From positions 1 to 24,214 of the forward strand of contig JACPVN010000148.1 in assembly GCA_016191715.1 (NCBI GenBank): 24,214 bases of DNA, given 5' to 3'. Positions 19,946-24,214 of this stretch are shown in pieces (position 1 is the stretch's first letter; every line of letters starts with the position of its first letter). The notes beneath the pieces were generated by a model, which was not told where the DNA came from, ran no database searches, and worked only from the letters and a program-made list of their open reading frames with translations. This stretch comes from Ignavibacteriota bacterium (lineage in GTDB: Bacteria; Bacteroidota; Ignavibacteria; UBA10030; SZUA-254). The translations under genes were made by a program, and so were the position numbers.

Positions 19946-20125
19946 ATGTAAGAGAAGACAATGATTCTTCACAAGAGTATGAATCCGCCAAAGGCGGACA
20001 AGAACCCGTTTATGTGTTTTAAGAGATTAAAACACGGAACGGGTTTTTGTGCTTTTACAATCTCGAAGCATTGGTTCTTTATTGTTGTTACGTATATTTT
20101 ACTATGCAATTATTCACATGCGCAA
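19946..20125 (+). repeat. Conserved leader module copy 2, with an 18-nt palindromic in-frame insert
   Basis: Homologous to 15658-15816; hairpin 20000-20048; extra AATCCGCCAAAGGCGGAC at 19982-19999. Confidence 0.85.
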
Positions 20126-22720
20126 TGGTCGTGGCAAAATCCAAAACCCACAGGCAATTCCCTTTACCATGTATATTTCATGAATCAAAATCGTGGATGG
20201 ATTCTTGGAGAAAATGGAACATTATTAAAAACAACGGATGCAGGTACAACTTGGATTGATGAACATATTGCACCGGACTATACATTTAAACGAATCTTAA
20301 GTGTTGATGCGGCTAACCTATGGTTGTTAGGATATAAACAAGGTACCGGATATTCTACGATTTATTATTCATCTGATTGTGGAACAACATGGATAGAACG
20401 TTTACAAACTTATACGCTTCCGGATAGCCTTCGCGCATTTTCTGATATCTATTTTAATGATCATCTTCAAGGTTGGTCGGTTGGAGCGGATGGAAAAATA
20501 ATAACTACTGATGACGGTGCCTTGACATGGCAACTGCAAGGTAAGATATATAATTACTCGTTGGAAAAAATACAGTTCTTCAATGATAACATAGGAGTGA
20601 TTAACGGCGGCTTATGGACAACGCAACTTTACCCAGAGCCAAGTGACGAAAGCGTTTCGAGGGGAATTATCCTACGGACGACGGATGCAGGTGCACAATG
20701 GGATACTATCTATCACGACACTATTAACATAGAAAGTGTTTATTTTAGAAATTCTCAACTAGGATGGGCAGTCGGAACATCCTTCTGGATAGATTCCTTT
20801 GACTATGGGCAGGCAAGAAATTTTATTATGAAAACAACAGATGGTGGAATAACATGGGTTATTCAAAGCAGTATTTGGTTACACAGTATTTACTTCATTG
20901 ATGATTACAAAGGATTAGCATGTGGAGACGGAGGTGTTGTTGCAACAACTACTAATGGAGGTGAAAATTGGGCATATAGCATCCCTGGCAGTAGATATTT
21001 AAATGATATAATTTTTAGAGATTCATTAAATGGATATATTATCGGTTCGGAAGGAATCATCCTCCAGTCAAGTAATGGAGGACAATCATGGTTTCAGTAT
21101 GATTCAAAATTTATTAGCGGTATCACGAACGATGTACATTTCATCAACTCGGATACAGGGTGGTTTGTCAATTCCGATATTTACCGAACGACAGATGGAG
21201 GGGGTACGTGGAGCCCTTCCGGTTTATCTGGCGTAAAAAAAATAGATTGTACTGATAGAAATAACTGCTGGGCTTGTGGTAATGGAGGGAAGATTGTATA
21301 TACAAGCGATGCAGGAGCGAGTTGGATACAGCAAACAAGTGGAACAACATCTAATTTGAGAGACATAGAGTTTGCTACACCCCAAATAGGTTGGACTGGC
21401 GAAGGTGGAACGATTATTCTGAAAACGACAACTGGCGGAACTACATGGTTTCCACAAACCACGGCAAACATTGGCGGCTTAGATAAAATAATAATTCAAA
21501 ATAGCCAAAGGGCTTGGCTTTATGGAACGTACGCCAGCGCGGTAACAACAAGTGGCGGTTATCCCTGGAGTCTTCATTCGGGAATATTACCGGTGTTTTG
21601 GCTAAACCCGGATACAGGGTGGGCAAAGGGGCAAGAACTGTACAGAACATTCGATGGTGGACAATCTTGGGATGTTGTAGGTGGGGGGTATGTTTATGTT
21701 TTTTTTGTAAATGCGAATACAGGTTGGACAAGAAGTGTTACAAGCATTTCGAAAACTACAGACGGTGGTTTTACCTGGCAACCAGATTTACAGACTGGCT
21801 CGGTGGCTTGGCTTACAGATATGCATTTTACAGATACTAATCATGGGTGGGCTGTCGGGTTAAATGGTACTCTTATTCATTATGGGTACAATATGCCAAT
21901 GCCTTCCGATAATGATACTGTCGCAATCAGTATAAATCCTGATTGGAATATGATTTCCCTCCCTCTCCGAATGAATAGCACACTTAAAGATTCTGTTTAT
22001 CCGTCATCGGAATCATTTGCATATTTTTATAACAAGGGTTATGCTATAGAAGAAACATTGAAGCTGGGAAGCGGTTACTGGCTGAAATTCCAATCTCAAC
22101 AATTACCGGAACTGAAAGGTGAACCGCTTCATTGTCTCTCTTTCGATGTTCAAAAAGGATGGAATATGATTGGCTCAATTTCCAATCCGGTTCCAGTTTC
22201 ATCTATTACAAGCATGCCTGCGGGTATAAGTGTCTCCCCCTTTTATGAATACAATGGAACAGAAGGGTACCGAATGACTGATACCATCAAACCGGGATAC
22301 GGCTATTGGGTCAAAGTTAGCCAAGATTGTAGATTCACATTTGCAGATTCAACAATTTTTGTTCCTAACGGAAATATCCTCATTGACAGGACAATTGCTG
22401 AATTACCGCCCTCTCCGCCTGAAAGTGAAACCTCAAATCTCAGATCTCAAATCCCAAATCAATTTAGTCTTGGACAAAATTACCCCAATCCTTTTAATCC
22501 ATCAACTGTTATCCGTTATCAGTTACCCGTTAATAGTTATGTAACTCTGATGATATATGATATTCTTGGTAGAGAAATCGTAACCCTCGTTGATGGCATG
22601 CAAGATGCAGGATACAAGTCTGTGAATTTCGAAGCAACAAACTATGCAAGCGGAATCTATCTTTATAAGATTGTTACTGATAAGTATATTGACGTGAAAA
22701 AGTGTCTTTACGTACGATAG
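19961..22720 (+). CDS. Secreted YCF48/Hcf136-like Asp-box beta-propeller protein with GWN/GYW domain and T9SS type-A CTD
   Basis: About 13 TTDxGxTW repeats with F.(D/N)...GW.VG..G.I spacing; WNMISLP..GYWLKF..GWNMIG..GYWVK domain; GQNYPNPFNPST...ASGIYLY CTD. Confidence 0.85.
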   Translation: MILHKSMNPPKADKNPFMCFKRLKHGTGFCAFTISKHWFFIVVTYILLCNYSHAQWSWQNPKPTGNSLYHVYFMNQNRGWILGENGTLLKTTDAGTTWIDEHIAPDYTFKRILSVDAANLWLLGYKQGTGYSTIYYSSDCGTTWIERLQTYTLPDSLRAFSDIYFNDHLQGWSVGADGKIITTDDGALTWQLQGKIYNYSLEKIQFFNDNIGVINGGLWTTQLYPEPSDESVSRGIILRTTDAGAQWDTIYHDTINIESVYFRNSQLGWAVGTSFWIDSFDYGQARNFIMKTTDGGITWVIQSSIWLHSIYFIDDYKGLACGDGGVVATTTNGGENWAYSIPGSRYLNDIIFRDSLNGYIIGSEGIILQSSNGGQSWFQYDSKFISGITNDVHFINSDTGWFVNSDIYRTTDGGGTWSPSGLSGVKKIDCTDRNNCWACGNGGKIVYTSDAGASWIQQTSGTTSNLRDIEFATPQIGWTGEGGTIILKTTTGGTTWFPQTTANIGGLDKIIIQNSQRAWLYGTYASAVTTSGGYPWSLHSGILPVFWLNPDTGWAKGQELYRTFDGGQSWDVVGGGYVYVFFVNANTGWTRSVTSISKTTDGGFTWQPDLQTGSVAWLTDMHFTDTNHGWAVGLNGTLIHYGYNMPMPSDNDTVAISINPDWNMISLPLRMNSTLKDSVYPSSESFAYFYNKGYAIEETLKLGSGYWLKFQSQQLPELKGEPLHCLSFDVQKGWNMIGSISNPVPVSSITSMPAGISVSPFYEYNGTEGYRMTDTIKPGYGYWVKVSQDCRFTFADSTIFVPNGNILIDRTIAELPPSPPESETSNLRSQIPNQFSLGQNYPNPFNPSTVIRYQLPVNSYVTLMIYDILGREIVTLVDGMQDAGYKSVNFEATNYASGIYLYKIVTDKYIDVKKCLYVR

Positions 22721-22795
22721 AATATCGTATGGGTTGAATAAGAAAATCCAACAAATGTAATCCAGAATTTCCACCTATAAGAAAGGACAATAACC

Positions 22796-24214
22796 ATGAA
22801 AAATATGTTAGCATTTACTTTTATCATCCTGATGCTATGTTCTTCTATGTTATATGCACAACAATCTGTTGTTTCCGAGGAACTGAGAAGTGCAATGGTA
22901 AACGCTTCAGAAGCAGAAATGATCGAGGTGCTTATATTTTTTAAAGACACAAAAACTTTCACTCCTCAAGAAAAATCAATTGCTGTAACAGAATCCTTGT
23001 CATCGTGGCTAACTTACCACGCCCGCGCATTAAAAGAATTCGGAAACAGTAAAAGTGCTAATGCGAGAGCAATCGTCTCGTCAGCAGAAAGAAATGGGAA
23101 AGCGAAGCTTGTCAACGATTTGTGGGTAGCAAATGCGATCAGCTGCCGTGCAACCAAAGATATCATTGCATTACTTGCACATTTACCTGATGTAAAGAAA
23201 ATAAAACTGGATAAAATTTTAAAAGTTGGATCATCAAGTTCATATTCAAACAATGCAGTTAGTGAGAAAGGTAAAAAGTTTTTAGGAAATTCAGTCTCAG
23301 TTCCAGAATGGGGTGTTGACTCGATTAAGGCACCTTTGGTGTGGAATATGGGTTACAACGGACAAAACGTGCTTATAGCTGTACTTGATGATGGATTCAA
23401 TTATAATCATCCCGATCTCAAAGACCATATGTGGAATGGTAGTAACTTTACATATGATGGTCAACAATTACTTTATCATGGATGGGATGTTGTAAACAAA
23501 GCGTATGACCCACCTGATAATAATCCAATAGATGGTGGTGGTCATGGTACTCGAACTGCAGGTATCATTGTTGGAGATGGAACGCGTGGAAAACAAACAG
23601 GTGTTGCTCCTGGTGCAAAACTCCTCCTTATTCGAGTTTGGGAAAATATTGGAACATTACAAACACAAGAAAGTTGGTTTTTGGATGGGATTCAATGGTT
23701 TTTCAACATGAAACTTCAAAATCCAACATTCATTTATCCCGATATGATTAATATATCTGGTGGGATTGAATTTGGCGAGAAACCAGATTATGAAATATGG
23801 CGGGACCTATGTTACCAAGTATATAATGCAGGTGTGCTCATCGTTTCAGCAGCAGGGAATTTGGGAACATATGCAGCAACTTCCCTTGGATGTATAGACT
23901 CCGGCAATCAAGAAACGCTTTCATGTCCATTTAGTAGCATGATTGGAGCTCCTTGTGGAAGAGGTATTCCTTATAATATTGAAGTACCGGCTATAATCCC
24001 ATCACCATGGATTCACCCGAACCAACTTCCTCCATTACAGACTGGGGCTGATGATGCAGGTAAAAATTCGGTCCTCGCTGTTGGTGCCATTGGCCAATCG
24101 AATATTATTGAAAATTATTCAGCTCGCGGTCCGGCGAGATGGGGGGATATTCAAAGTCTCTATTCTTGTCAAGAACCTATTGCTTCAAAATATTGGGATT
24201 ATCCGTATTCTCCA
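22796..24214 (+). CDS. Secreted S8 subtilisin-like serine protease (3'-partial; missing from the ORF track because no stop lies in the window)
   Basis: GAAAGGA ribosome site; signal MKNMLAFTFIILMLCSSMLYAQQ; prodomain; EWGVDSIKAPLVW; Asp motif IAVLDDGFNYNHPDL; His motif GHGTRTAGII; oxyanion VSAAGN; YSARGP. Frame read codon by codon, open for 473 codons to the window end. Confidence 0.88.
   Translation, partial: MKNMLAFTFIILMLCSSMLYAQQSVVSEELRSAMVNASEAEMIEVLIFFKDTKTFTPQEKSIAVTESLSSWLTYHARALKEFGNSKSANARAIVSSAERNGKAKLVNDLWVANAISCRATKDIIALLAHLPDVKKIKLDKILKVGSSSSYSNNAVSEKGKKFLGNSVSVPEWGVDSIKAPLVWNMGYNGQNVLIAVLDDGFNYNHPDLKDHMWNGSNFTYDGQQLLYHGWDVVNKAYDPPDNNPIDGGGHGTRTAGIIVGDGTRGKQTGVAPGAKLLLIRVWENIGTLQTQESWFLDGIQWFFNMKLQNPTFIYPDMINISGGIEFGEKPDYEIWRDLCYQVYNAGVLIVSAAGNLGTYAATSLGCIDSGNQETLSCPFSSMIGAPCGRGIPYNIEVPAIIPSPWIHPNQLPPLQTGADDAGKNSVLAVGAIGQSNIIENYSARGPARWGDIQSLYSCQEPIASKYWDYPYSP

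Noticed and set aside
15694-20048. The repeated hairpins as integron attC sites of a cassette array
   Set aside because: No RYYYAAC/GTTRRRY core boxes at the stem ends; the hairpins lie inside coding sequence rather than after stops; no integrase in the window.
9897-22720. Calling the Asp-box proteins sialidases, GH74 xyloglucanases or photosystem II assembly factor Ycf48
   Set aside because: Only the generic repeat is visible; I could not identify family-specific catalytic motifs, so no gene symbol or enzyme function was assigned.
397-23253. Minus-strand and short alternate-frame ORFs in the track (e.g. 501-962, 760-1236, 2744-3184, 4492-5013, 7086-7463)
   Set aside because: They overlap well-supported plus-strand genes, carry no recognisable motifs, and read as antisense shadows.

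Overview
All supported genes are on the + strand. The gene content and C-terminal sorting domains suggest an Ignavibacteria-like FCB-group bacterium (inference). The first ~9.9 kb is housekeeping: smc 3' end, a tight five-gene run (MtnX-like HAD phosphatase, ICMT/PEMT-family methyltransferase, lpxB, lpxK, peptidase C26), ppdK, queA and ispD, with REP-like palindromes in the spacers. From 9.9 kb onward there is a tandem array of secreted proteins built from shuffled modules: Asp-box beta-propellers, FN3-like domains, a GWN..GYW double-repeat domain, S8 proteases and T9SS type-A C-terminal domains. The most striking structure is a twice-repeated unit: a beta-propeller gene with a conserved N-terminal leader, followed by an S8 protease gene. 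The leader's coding sequence folds into a ~22-bp GAGA-tetraloop hairpin with a U-tract, and all stem differences between the two copies preserve pairing. The first unit is broken by one in-frame TAA and two single-base deletions; the second looks intact as far as the window runs. No rRNA, tRNA, CRISPR array, transposase or integrase was seen.
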